A DNA stretch of 63,935 nucleotides, counting the filler, from Pelomyxa schiedti (Eukaryota; Protista; Evosea), in NCBI GenBank assembly GCA_020536535.1. It is 7 parts of 7 records of this genome, joined end to end, with 100 filler letters (N's around TTAATTAATTAA, not from the genome) between each part and the next. Parts side by side here need not be neighbours in the genome. Positions count along the whole stretch, not along the records: positions 42,061 to 58,303 come from JAHLWZ010000056.1; positions 58,404 to 62,803 come from JAHLWZ010001598.1; 5 more parts are not named here. One strand, written 5' to 3'. Under the pieces are notes generated by a model, which searched no databases, was not told where the DNA came from, and saw nothing but the letters and a program-made list of their open reading frames with translations. The position numbers and the translations under genes were made by a program. Below are positions 48,775 to 60,700 of the stretch, piece by piece (within the stretch, counting starts at the first letter, position 1; the number at the start of each line of letters is the position of its first letter).

Positions 48775-50044
48775 CCGTATGTGTGTACTGCTGAGTCCCT
48801 GAAGGTTGAGCTCAAGGTTGTGTAATACCTGTTGAAACACAAATGTGTGGTTTAGGGGTTGTGGACTACAGACTAAACAAGGATTCGGGTGTGATTGGTT
48901 ATTTCAGGCAGTTTAGGGGTAAGACCCAAACGAATGGGAGTGAGAGAAGAAAGATTCTCTTGTTCTTCTGTTGTTTATTAAGGGATACACAGAGAGTTGG
49001 TTAAAAGCCTGTGATGTTTCAAATCAATTCTCTGTGCGGATGTAATCAAACATGTTAAACTGTGTGCCACCTTCCTAATTGCTGTATTCGTGCATCCAGC
49101 TGTGCAGGGCACTGATCTTGACCTTAGATTATTACCACAGAATCTACCCCAAACTTAGGACTGCCTGAGATAACGAACACACACAAAGACAACATCCTTG
49201 TTTGTATTTGGTCAATATAAGATTCCACGCAGTCCTAAGTCTCCAATCCAAGTTCGTGTACTTTGTGGAGTACACAAAGGGTCAATTCACTGGAGTCTGT
49301 TAGAATGAACTCGCTGGTTCCTGAATGGCCATAAATAGTTGTCCAATTTGGCACTCAGTCATCAAGCAGAGATTCCCTGAAAAGCTCGATCCTACAGCAA
49401 CCAAACAACGCAACAACAACGGTGCTATGTCCCCCTTGTTATGGGTACAGAACCGCACAATAAGCAACAGTTGGAACCAGGAGAACGAATGGAGAGATCA
49501 ACAGGCAGATCTGTCTGTGAATTGCAGGAACATTTCTAAGGCTGGTTCTCCATACAATATCAACCAAACACCGCAAAAACAACGGAACTATGTACCTCTT
49601 GTCATGAGGTACAGAGCCGTACTACTGGCAACAATGGGAACGAACACCAGAGGGAGAACGAAGCCAATCAAGAGTAGATTTGTTTTCTGTGAAGGTGAAC
49701 TGAGCCGAATTTGGGAAGAGGGCTGGTTCTCCCTCCCACAGCAACCGAACAACGCACCGACAACGGGAATATGTACCCATTGTCTTATTGGGCGTACAAT
49801 GACACCACTGCCAACAGTGGGAACCAACACCAGACCGAGATCAAGACCCATCAAAAAATTGCTTTGTATCCAAAAAAAAATCGATGTGGTTCTTGCTGCT
49901 GTGTGGTCACACCGCGCAGTGAGTGGTGTGGTTGGGTGTGTTGTGCAAAGGGGTCTCCAGTCTGGTGGTTTTTGTGCCAAACGGTTGCTGGGGGGCCAAT
50001 AACGATGACCCTTTTCATCGGCACGAATCACCAAATTACTTGTC

Positions 50045-50290
50045 GACAAGTGCGCCGCGGCGCACTTTGTGTTTTGGAAGAGGACTTTTCACGTGACCCG
50101 AAGTGCGCCAGTGGTACACTGGCGCAGATGTGCGAAAATCGGCGCACTTTGGGTTTCGATTTCTCGGAAAAAAAAAACACAAAGTGCGCCGGGCGCAGTT
50201 CGAAACTGCGCCGACCCAAAAAATGGTCGGCGCACTTTGTGTTTTACAGAGCAATTTTCCTGTGGTTCAAAGTGCGCCACCGTGCGCCAG
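50045..50290. repeat. Cluster of AAAGTGCGCC / GGCGCACTTT motifs in both orientations; MITE or transposon end
   Basis: About ten TGCGCC/GGCGCA cores in 250 bp directly after the RING gene stop. Confidence 0.65.
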
Positions 50291-50297
50291 TTATGGA

Positions 50298-52941
50298 TCA
50301 GAGGACCAACTTGTGCTGGATTTGAGCACGGCAGAATGGGCACTTCCTCACGTTCGATGAGCACTGTTTGTGTTGTTGTCGTGGTGTTGTTGTTGGTGGC
50401 ACCACAGTTAGTTTTGGTGATGACTGTTGTGTGGGTTGTGATGGTGGCGGTAAATACCTCAGAACAGCAGACAGTGTGGCCACATGGATGGAACATGACG
50501 TTGCGTGGCCTCTCATCGCACACGATGCAATCAGTGTTGTGATGTTGATCCCTCCTTGCTTTTGTGGTTGTGGGTGAATGCTGCTGTTTGTTGCCGTTTC
50601 TGTTGTGCTTCTCGGTGGGATGGAGGCAGAGCCAGAAGCAGTGCACCCAGCCTGCTGCTGGGAACCTGGTGGCACTTTCCCTGACGTGAACTTTGCCAAT
50701 GTGATATCCATGACCACCTGTTGTGCACGAGGCAGCAACTCGGAGAGCTGATGCCACACATCAGGGTGCGACATGAAACTCTCGTCACCCTCAAGACCAC
50801 GCATCACCATGTACTTGCGTGAGTATCCCTCGTTGAGACCCTGGCATGCTGAAAATAGATCCCCGATTTCATGATGGAGTCCTTGACACAGGGTGAATTG
50901 TGAATCGCACTCCTTCTGGAACAGTGTGTGCTGCTCGATGACCTTGCTGCAGCTGTTAAACGTACAGCCTCCTTGAATACGTGATGCTCCTTCAGTGATC
51001 GCTCTCAACAGCAGCGATAAAGGCTCCAATGCAGATGAGGAGGAGGGTGGAGATTGTTCCAAGGTTTCCAACAGCAACCATGGTTTGAGAGTCATCAACT
51101 TGTTGATGTCTGAGGGGTTTGTTGAATCAATTGTTGTGTTATTCACGGTGCTTACCTTGGTTTGGTCTTGTTCCTCGCTGTTCTTCATTGTTTGCTGATG
51201 ATGACGGTTTGATGCCAAGAAGTTTTTGCATCAACAATGAAATATTTCTGGAGCACTGCCGTATCTCTGACTCGGTGCTCTCCACTGTCAGTGTTTGCCC
51301 AAGTATCTCCTTGCACCTTGTTTCAGACTCCTCAACTGCCTTGTCGAGTGCCTCTCTCAGATTTGCCAGTTCGCTCAAGTGAACAGCAAGTTCCTGGTTC
51401 CTTTCCGTGGCACTTCCAAGGGACTGCTTCAGTGATGAGACTGAGTCCTCAAGTGAGATCAACAAAGGTGCTGCGTTTTTCAACTGCGATCGTAACTTGG
51501 TGGCAACCTTGAATGCTGTGTTAAGTTCAGACAGTGCCTGTGATGGCTCGTGTTGCTGTTGGCTTGCTTCAACAGTTGAAGTGTCGTTCACCACAAGAAA
51601 TGGTAATGAATCACCTTCTTCCAGTGCTTTTTGTTTGGTCAATTCCTGCCATTGTTGTTTTGTTTTTTTAACTGATGAGGAACAACCCAGGTGGCTGCAC
51701 ACCTTGATCGACAGTTCTGCTGCATTCAACTTGTTCTGGAGTTGTGTTCTTTCAGTGTTCCATTGCTTTCTTTCAGTTTCCCTCTCGTTGTTGTGTTCCT
51801 CTTTCACTTTCTGGGGTTTTTTTTTACTCTTATGTTTGCTTTAGGGAGATAGAGGAGTGAACACCTTGATGAGTTGACTGTGATACAAGTGTGGCAATGA
51901 CGAGCCCATCACGTGCAAGGCGGCACCATCAGCTCCGTGGAACGTGTTGCGTCTCAGACTCCCCTTTATTCCGTTGTTCCCAAACTCAGCTGACCCCTCA
52001 TAATTGCAGTACAATTGCGATAGTGACAGGACACCCTCTCCCTCTGTTTCATCTGTGAATGTGCCAGTGAACTTGTCGCCGTTTGGCCACTCCATCGTGC
52101 CCTTGACAGGGACACCCCTCTCCCACACACCAGTGAACGATGACCCATCCCTGGCCCACCTCTTCGTCCCGTTCCCGTGCTCCTTTCCATCATCCCAGGA
52201 TCCCTGATACCTGTCGCCGTTTGACCACAACCTCACGCCCTCCCCGTGGAACACGTCGTCCTTCATCCCACCCACGTAGCTCCCTCCTGGGTCGTGGTAG
52301 CGTGTGCTGTTGTCACCAATGAGCATCCTCCCTGTCCCGCTCATCACATCGTGGTCCAACTCACCACAGTAGATCGTGCCTGTGCCTGGTAACCTCCACA
52401 TTCCATGCCCGTGCATCTGGTTGTTGTTCCACTCGCCCTCATACACAGTCACCATCACAATTGCTTTGTCCAGCTTGGCAGCAGCAGATTCTGTTGCTTC
52501 AGTGTAGGTCCCTAAACCTGTTAAGTCTATCATCCCCTTCCTCCACACGCCCCACCCTTGTAGTTTGTAGGTGTTCGCAGACACATCCCAAACCCACTCG
52601 CCCTCCTTCACGTCGACCCCGTTTGAGTTGTGCCACGTTCCCTTCGTCCAAGTATCCCCGCGGCACAGGCCCTCATACCACCCCCCACTTGAACAGCGTT
52701 CCACGCCCCACCCGTCCTTGTTTCCGTCTTTCCACTCGCCATCGTAGGTCCCACCGCTGGGCCACGTGTACACCCCTCGGCCGTGCTTCAGGCCGTCCCT
52801 CCAGTCGCCGTCGTAGGTGTGCTGGCCGCCCTTGCCCTGCCACGTGAACTTGCCCCTGCCGTCTCGGTTTTCTCCGACCATCCGACCTGTGTACACACCG
52901 CCAGCCAATTTCGCGTTCTCAACAACACGCGTTGTTGCCAT
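50298..52941 (-). CDS. MORN-repeat / coiled-coil / RING protein, copy A (4-nt frameshift before RING)
   Basis: MORN exon 51841-52941, coiled-coil 51139-51807, RING CIVC..PCGH..CC..C..CPFC at 50298-50530. Confidence 0.78.
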
Positions 52942-52979
52942 TGTTTACACGTTTGATGAGGTGGCTCGTGAATGTCTTG

Positions 52980-53445
52980 AATTATCCTCTCTTCTTTCAT
53001 GATTGTTTGTTGCTGGTTGCTGCTGTTCTGTTTGTGTTGCTTGCACGTTTTCTGTGTGATTTGTGTTTGTTGCCCCGTGGGTTTGCTGTTGTTGTTTGTT
53101 GGGCCACCGCATTATCTGTGTTGTTGCTGCAGGTGACAATGTTGGTTTTTGACGATGTTGATGATTGTGGTGGTGTGCCGGTTGGCTTTAATGATTGCGA
53201 GGGTGTTGTTGGCCTCGATCCTGTTGGTGATGATGAAGTTGTTGATGGCGTTGATGGCCTCGATCCGGCGGCCGCTGTTGTTGTTGTTGATAGCGGGGGT
53301 GGTGTGAGTGAATTGCCGGGCGGCGGGAAAAATGTCGCTTGTGGGATGATGTTGTTGTTTTGTTGAGTTGATGTTGTACAGTTTGTGGGGGTTGTTGCTC
53401 TGTTCCGGATTGTATTTGCGTTGAAACGAGGTTGCAGGGGTGGAA
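52980..53445. repeat. Upstream block duplicated at 46343-46813 (Thr/Ser/Pro-rich ORF, possible 5' exon)
   Basis: Direct match between the two MORN gene upstream regions. Confidence 0.75.
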
Positions 53446-53849
53446 AGTTGTTGTTTGATATCCAGGAAAACGTCGGGGTGCCTCCTTGGAGGGTCAGTGA
53501 CCTCACTCTCTTGTATTTCCGGTTGTTATTTGGTCTGTGTGCGGAATTATATTATCTTGGTGAGCCTTGTCTCGAAGTGGTGTGTGTGTAACAAATGGGG
53601 GACGAACAAACCCGGTGGCCACCATGTATTGGTTCGCGGTGAGTTCATTGATTCGCGAGAGTGCCAGTTGAAACGCGGCTGTGATGTCTGCCATTGAAAA
53701 ATTGCTGTAAATGATTGGTTACTTTTCATGATGTGGGTGTGGTGTGTTACAGGCCTTTCATCGGAAGTTGCACCCGGAGCTGCCCCAACGGCAATCTTGA
53801 ACCTGATCATTAAATGTCAACGGGAGGGAAATGAGATGTTTCGGGAAAG

Positions 53850-56800
53850 TTAAACTTTTTCAGCTCCTGAGCCACAGATTTTTCTTTTGCCATCTGGAAA
53901 ATAAATTGAGAAAACAATAAAAAAAAGAAACAAAATCGCTCTTACTGCAGTTTCCAAAAGTGATGCTGTTTCTTTGTTCTGTTTTCTGGTTTGTTTGAGG
54001 CTTGTCTTGAACTTTGCCGATTTTTTCTGTTCTTCCACCAGTAGGCCCTTACATTCTTCCAGATCCTCCTGTGCCTATTTGGGAAATTAATACGTAGAAG
54101 CAGCCGATGCAGAGGGTTTTTTTGCCTGTAACAGCGTTTTATCTGTTTCTTCTTTATTGGTTTTCAAGTGATTGATTTCTTCTGTCTTGAGTGCGAGTTA
54201 GTTGGCTGGTTTTATTGTGATGCATATTGGGTAAAGTACCAGCGATTTATTTTCCCTCCGGAGTTGTTCAACCAACTCTTGGCACGACAGAAGTTTTGTT
54301 GTGTTGAGTTCTGCTTGTTCCATGAAAACAGTGCACTTGGATTTCCAGTCTTCAAGCTCACTTTGGACAGATTCAAGTTCTTTAATCGGCTGAAATAATA
54401 TCAGTTGGGGAAAAAAATTGATTGGAGTGGCTACTGCATAACCGCTTAGTTGGGAAGGGGTCTGAGGTGTTGGAAGTGGTGGTCCGACCTGATGAGTGGT
54501 AAGTATCGGTGTATTCCTGATATTGCTTTGAAATTTACCTTTGTGGTAGCGGGGTGAACTGGAGACACGACAGGAACCATTTTTGTGTTCGCGTTTCTTC
54601 GAGCATGTCTGAAAGAACTTCCCGCTTGGCTGCTTTGGCTTTGTGTGGCATCCAAATGCATCAAACTTGATGACTCCCGCTTCGGGTCTTCACTGTGCTC
54701 TTAATTTTCCATAAGGAAGGAACAATATAAATGGAGAAGTGTGACACAACAACACGGAAACTTACCTCGGGTAGGCTGAAGCAGCATCTTCATTTTTTGG
54801 GGTGAGTGACTTGTGATGTGAAAATAGAGAGCAACATACAACACGCTCACGCTGCTTTTCCCGCTCAGCACTTCCGCAGCTGTGCACACTTGCAGACGAT
54901 GATGCCAGAGAATCTTGGGAACTTTCACTCCCAGGAACGTTTATTTCGGAATTGTGGTGTGTTTTCTATGTGTGAGGTTTTAATGACAAACAAACGGTTA
55001 CTTAGACAAAAAAGACCTGCTCCAGCATCAATTTCCTGCTGAAAGGACTCCCATACGAAAGCGATAAATTTCTGCGCCGCCGTTCAGTTCTCTCTGGAAT
55101 ATTGTGTGGTGGACATCATTCAGGAATATCGAACCCACGAGATGAGAAAAGAGATACCTTGCAATTCCACTGGAGACTCCTACAAACTGCTTAGATTTAG
55201 AATTGCTTTGAAAGAGGGTTACTCTGTCTCTGCTGGAAAAAAGTGAACCAGTAATTTCACTCTGCCAGGAGGTAATGATGAATATCAAGAGAGAAAGAAA
55301 TGCAACCCACCAGTAGGTCAGGTGTGGAGGCTGAAAAAGGAGGAGTGGAACGAGATAGTGATGAAACAGAGGAAGAGGAACGACTGGTATAAATGATACT
55401 ATCAGCATAATCACATTTTTCTTCAAGGGTCTTTTTCCACTGTTCAAAGCAACCTACTTTAATTTTAACTTTCATGAGACTATCTATTGAATGTACCCTC
55501 CAACTTATCATGCAGAGAATTCATTTCAGTTGGAGTGACGTTCCTATGAATTTGAATGGCATCAAAAAGTGCGTGCCTTTGGGCATGAAGACGTTTCTGA
55601 AAGCCCATAAGAACGTAAGTGTGTGGTGGGAGAATATTCAACAATCAGTTTTTTGACCAGCCTCTGTTGTGTCTGATTGTTTTCAATGAACTCTCGTGTC
55701 AAAAAAGCTCCCATATAGTGCTTCACACCACCACTGACAGCAGCATCAACAACACCTGGAACCGTGAGTTACCATCTTCACTAGAGGCAACATACCCGAT
55801 ATTGCCATTGAAAGTGAATTAATCGATTGTGGAGTTGGTTTTGCGTTCGTTGCCTCCGCCTTGAGTCGGATATCTCTGGTCTTGGCTTTTAACGAGTCAC
55901 AAGCATTCTCAATTGGGCACTTTAGGATCTAAACTCAAGCTGTCATTGGAAGTTTGAAAGTTTGTGTGAGTCATACCTCCTTTTCTTTCACAATTTCCGC
56001 ACGTCGCAGTAGGTAAGGGAATGAATGTCCTGTGACGAGGTATGTCTGGGAGATCCAAAGTTTCTGTTTGAAGTTACTCGAGGAATCAAACAGAAACGAA
56101 ACTTGCACTAAATTTCTCTTCCTCACTGAGAGATGTGCCTGGTGGAACATCTTTCATAAACGGCTTTGTGTATACAAAAACTCGCAAATCGAGCTGGTTG
56201 TAAAACGCCCGTGACTTTGGGGGAGCTGCATAGGAATTGAGAAAAGTTAGTTGAGAGTGTTTTTTCACACCATCTTCAGGTATCTTGGGAGGATTGTATG
56301 GAAGATTAAGCATAGTTGCCACGTGCGGTGTTAAAATGACAGGATCACATGAGTGTACATAAATACCTGCACACAGTTATAAGGAGAAACTGAAGGGCAG
56401 GCATACATTCTCCCTCGCGTTCCGAAGTGTTTGTGTATATTATTTTGGCTTTGCTAAATCTGGCCTGCAGTTTTTTTACAAAGGGCAATATTCTTTCACC
56501 TTCATCTCCCCTCATGATGAATTTTTTGTTCTAGCATAGATTATTTGAACGTTACTATTTTACTTTACACTGAACCTCAACATTTTTGCCAAAGGCATCG
56601 CATTTGCCAGTAAACTCTGAGTATAATTGAGAAAACAGAAGACTGCTCACTGCATACCAACTAAAAAGTACTGTTCAAAAAGCCGGTCGTGGGTTTGTAG
56701 GCATTTGGTGTACATTTCTTTCAAAGGCTTTTTTTCCCTCCATTAAGATAAACAGCCAAATGTGGGGAAAAGTTGTACCTGGAAACCTGCAAGCTTTGCT

Positions 56801-58303
56801 TCCAGTTTCAATGCGACTCCACTGGCTGCTGGTTGTAAGAAAGGAACGCCTGTCTTGACAGGTGCCCCAGAAGACTTAGATGACATCAGATGTGAAGTTT
56901 TATCTCCACTCCCTCCTCCTGTTGGGCGGACCGCAGCCAGGGATTTGGAGATTTGAGCACGCAGTATTTCCATGTACTCCAGGGCCCACTCCCAGTACTT
57001 CCCTTCACCAAAGTGCATCATGGCCGACTTAATTGCTTGTTCCTGTTGCAATGTCAGGTGCGCAAAGGTTGGTTGTTGACCTTGAGATGGAACTCAGATA
57101 CTCCCGCGGTTTCGTTGATAACTTTGTCTTCCCAACTGTACAGTTTTGATTTTTCCAATGCACATAGTCCAGCTTCAATGTGAGCCTTAAGTGATACATA
57201 CATCTTGTGTAGAGAATCCAATTTCTCCTTGTACTGTTGGATTTTGCCAGAATACTTGTAGTATTCCTGAGGGACGACCCATCAGGCAAAAAAAGCAAAT
57301 CAAACTACTATACAGCGAGTTGGAGCAAATAAGCGGCTTTATCATGTTCGTACTCGGGAGTTGGCAAAATCAGAGACTCAACAACTTCTGCATCTTTGAG
57401 GCAGGAGCCATTGAACAATCCTTTTGAGAATTATGGGAGGAGATAACGCAAGAGGTACAAACGGTGCTGGAAGTACAACTGCCTCCAGGTCAATTGCTTC
57501 AAAGTTATCAACCGCGATGCAGCTGAAGAAGTTTTTGCATTTGTATTATTCTTTACTGCACGCTCCCTGTGGCGGTACTGTCAGGTGAAATACAAATTAA
57601 ATGAAATGGGAAATAGGGCTGTTACCAAAAGGTTTCATCCAAAGTTAGCTTCCTCAGTGCAGAACATGTGCCACCCAATGCTACCACCCCGACCAATGGC
57701 AACATCCATATCACCTAAATACACAAAAATGCACAGAACTGTGCTTTAGTGAGGGCAACACATACGGATATATTCCCCAAAACAAAAAAAAAAAAAACAA
57801 ACAGAAAAACAAATCACCTGTGTCATAACTATGTCAGGTAACATTAGTAAATGAAAATGCAACTGTTGTTGTTGATCTCCATCGGTGTTTTTACTACTGA
57901 TACCACTAATAATACTAGTATTATGGGTGCTATTATTGGTGTTGCTGATGGGCGTGGTTGTGGCTGTGGCTTTTGCCGTTGCATTTCTCGTGGTCGCCAT
58001 TAAATCCCACAAGCGAAGAACAACGATACGTTGTTCTCGTTGTCTCTCGTGTGTTTTGATGAGATCTGGTGTCCTTTGGTCTTGGAACGAAAAAGTCAGA
58101 CACAATATCGATGTCTCAATCTCTTGTATTCAATAGAGAGTAACCAGAAAGAGGTTTGTGGGACAGCACCCTTCCACCTCAGTCTCCAATTTGAAGATTT
58201 CTCAGTAGGTGGAAAAGTGATCACCGTTTTCGTAAGAAACAAAAAGGAAGCGACCCACGCGATGCTGGTAAGTTTCCTTTGTTTTTCGGCCTCCCACAAG
58301 TGC
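53850..58303 (-). CDS. DOCK-family Rho GEF (DHR-2 domain), multi-exon, 5' partial
   Basis: HIEAGLC, HFGEGKYWEWALEY, NKKFIMRG..ERILPFVKKLQARF, FVYTKPF, PIENACDSL..K, INSLSMAISG follow the DHR-2 motif order. Confidence 0.8.
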
Positions 58304-58914
58304 NNNNNNNNNNNNNNNNNNNNNNNNNNNNNNNNNNNNNNNNNNNNTTAATTAATTAANNNNNNNNNNNNNNNNNNNNNNNNNNNNNNNNNNNNNNNNN
58401 NNNTTTCTTCCTTTGCCCTCTTCTTCTCCTCTTTTAGTCTGTGCTTCTCCGCCGCCTTATCAGACATCTGCCTCGCTAAGAAGAAGAATAACCGATTTAA
58501 TGTTAGGTCCACATTGTTACCCACTAATTATTCATTTCTGGGGTGTCACAAAAAAAAATCAAGGTATTTAATTTAGTTTTGGAGGTTAACCCGTACTCTA
58601 ACTTAATGACACAATCAAACCAACGTCCTTTGGTTTTATTGGTGTTGAAAACAAGGGTTGGGCGTCCCTTGTGCCGACACACACAAAAAAAATCGAAGTT
58701 TTTGCTTCATGAAATTTCTCACTTCGCATAACGCCAAATATCCGTGATGGAATCTTCAGATTTGGTAAGATGCCCCTGCGCTGCAACCGTGCCTCGCAAC
58801 CAAGCCACAGCCCCCTCGGCGTGTGTTCCTCCCTTTGTGCGCTCAATCTCTCTCGGTCGACAGATCTCTCGTGCATCGCCGCAGGATTTTCCCTGAACTG
58901 CGATCGCCAACAAA

Positions 58915-60516
58915 ATGAGCAACTCGGAGCCGTCCGATGACGAATCGCCGTCCAACTCGGAGGACGACGGTGCACGGGAGTCTTACGCCTCGACGACCTC
59001 AGATGGCCGTGGCGGCGCCACAACGAGCGACGACGAACAACAGCAAGATGTGATCTCCGTCGGCGGCGACGGCGACGGCGACGACGACGGGGGCGAGACC
59101 GTCAAGGCCACCGACGACACCGACGTGGTCATCGTGGACCGCGACTACAGCACAGCAACAACAGCAACAAACACAAACACCACCACAACAACAAAAAACA
59201 CCAACAACAACAACAACATAGAAACAAACACAAACACGCACACAAGCGCGTACTCCCCATCCAAACCAAACCACAATCAACAGCAACTGGAGCAGCAACA
59301 CAAAAACAACACTGAAGCTGCGCCACAGTGCGCCGACGACGACGACGAGCTGGGGCTAATAGAAATCCCACAAGTCAGTGACCCCCAAATCGCCCCCCTT
59401 CCTGCTGATGATGGCCCCTCATCACCAGCCGCAAGCATAGCGCAACCACCACAACAACCGCCGCAAACCGTAACAACCACAACCACAACCACCACCACAG
59501 CACCAGAACCAATCGAGAGTGATGAGGCCAACACGCCCCCAGAGGCCACTACTCCCCTCACCCACAACCAGCCACAAACTCCCCCAAGCAGCTCCCAAAG
59601 ACCCAGGAAAAAGTGGGGCTGCGCACCCAGCCCCCAGTCATCAGCAGCCGCGGCCGCATCATCACAGCCTCACACCACCGGCTCCAGTAACAAACCTGCA
59701 CTGGTAATAAGCAGCGGCCACCAGTGGGCGCCCAAGTACGACGAGGCCAGGCACGGCGACATGACTGTGGCCGAGTTCCTCACAATGCAGTGTGACGCCA
59801 GCTCTGCACACACTCTGGCCCTTGCACGCCGGCAGGCTGCGGAGTTCAAGGCAGCAGCGGCCGAGAGGAGGGCAGCCATACAACACGCAATGCAGGTCAC
59901 GTTCATGGCCGAGCACATCCGCGCAATAATGTCCACTCACAGCGCTGGTGGAAGGGGCAACGTAAACATCAACAACCAGGAGCAGGAAGAGGGGGCACGC
60001 ATTGAGAAACAGCGAAGTAAGAAGAAGCAGAAGGAGAAGCAGAAGCAGAGAGGTCAGCCTCAGCAGCAGGCACGGGGAGGGCAGGAGGCGATGAGGGGCC
60101 AAGTGCCACCACCACTTCAGTTGAATCAAAATGCACAGAGACAGAGACCCCAGGCAGTAGAACCTCCCAGACAGTTTGGAGAGCAACAACAGCAATTGGT
60201 GCCGCAGTTTCCCCTGCATAAGCAAGTCAATTCCGCTCAGAAAGAATCACAGGGAATCATGATGGCGCAACCAAACAGGAACAACACCAACGCAGCTGCA
60301 ACTAACATTCCACCACCAGTGAGCACAACCGAATCAACTGCTCCAGCAGCTGCCACAGCAACCACGTTCTTCTCAACAACCAGGGTTGAACAACAGAGTG
60401 TATGGCAAAGGCAGAAAAAGGCAGAGGAGAGGATGCAGACGTTCTGGCAGAACCCTGTGAACCAGGCACTTCTGCAGCAGGTCGCCTCAAAGCCACTCAA
60501 CCTCCAAGACATGTGA
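58915..60516 (+). CDS. Low-complexity hypothetical protein (D/T/N/Q-rich)
   Basis: 533-aa uninterrupted ORF from ATG; one ordered segment WAPKYDEARHGDMTVAEFL. Confidence 0.7.
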   Translation: MSNSEPSDDESPSNSEDDGARESYASTTSDGRGGATTSDDEQQQDVISVGGDGDGDDDGGETVKATDDTDVVIVDRDYSTATTATNTNTTTTTKNTNNNNNIETNTNTHTSAYSPSKPNHNQQQLEQQHKNNTEAAPQCADDDDELGLIEIPQVSDPQIAPLPADDGPSSPAASIAQPPQQPPQTVTTTTTTTTTAPEPIESDEANTPPEATTPLTHNQPQTPPSSSQRPRKKWGCAPSPQSSAAAAASSQPHTTGSSNKPALVISSGHQWAPKYDEARHGDMTVAEFLTMQCDASSAHTLALARRQAAEFKAAAAERRAAIQHAMQVTFMAEHIRAIMSTHSAGGRGNVNINNQEQEEGARIEKQRSKKKQKEKQKQRGQPQQQARGGQEAMRGQVPPPLQLNQNAQRQRPQAVEPPRQFGEQQQQLVPQFPLHKQVNSAQKESQGIMMAQPNRNNTNAAATNIPPPVSTTESTAPAAATATTFFSTTRVEQQSVWQRQKKAEERMQTFWQNPVNQALLQQVASKPLNLQDM

Positions 60517-60700
60517 AAGGTACCCACTGTAGCATGGGTTGATTTGAATGCAATTTGTGGGGGAAAAGCACAACCACGTACCCCTTTTTGCTTTCGAAAG
60601 CAAAGACAACACATCCGGCAAACCACTCTCTCGTCATGCCAAGCGAAACAAAAAAAAACCGTTTTGAACGTTGATCATCATTTTAGCGAAATAATAAAAG

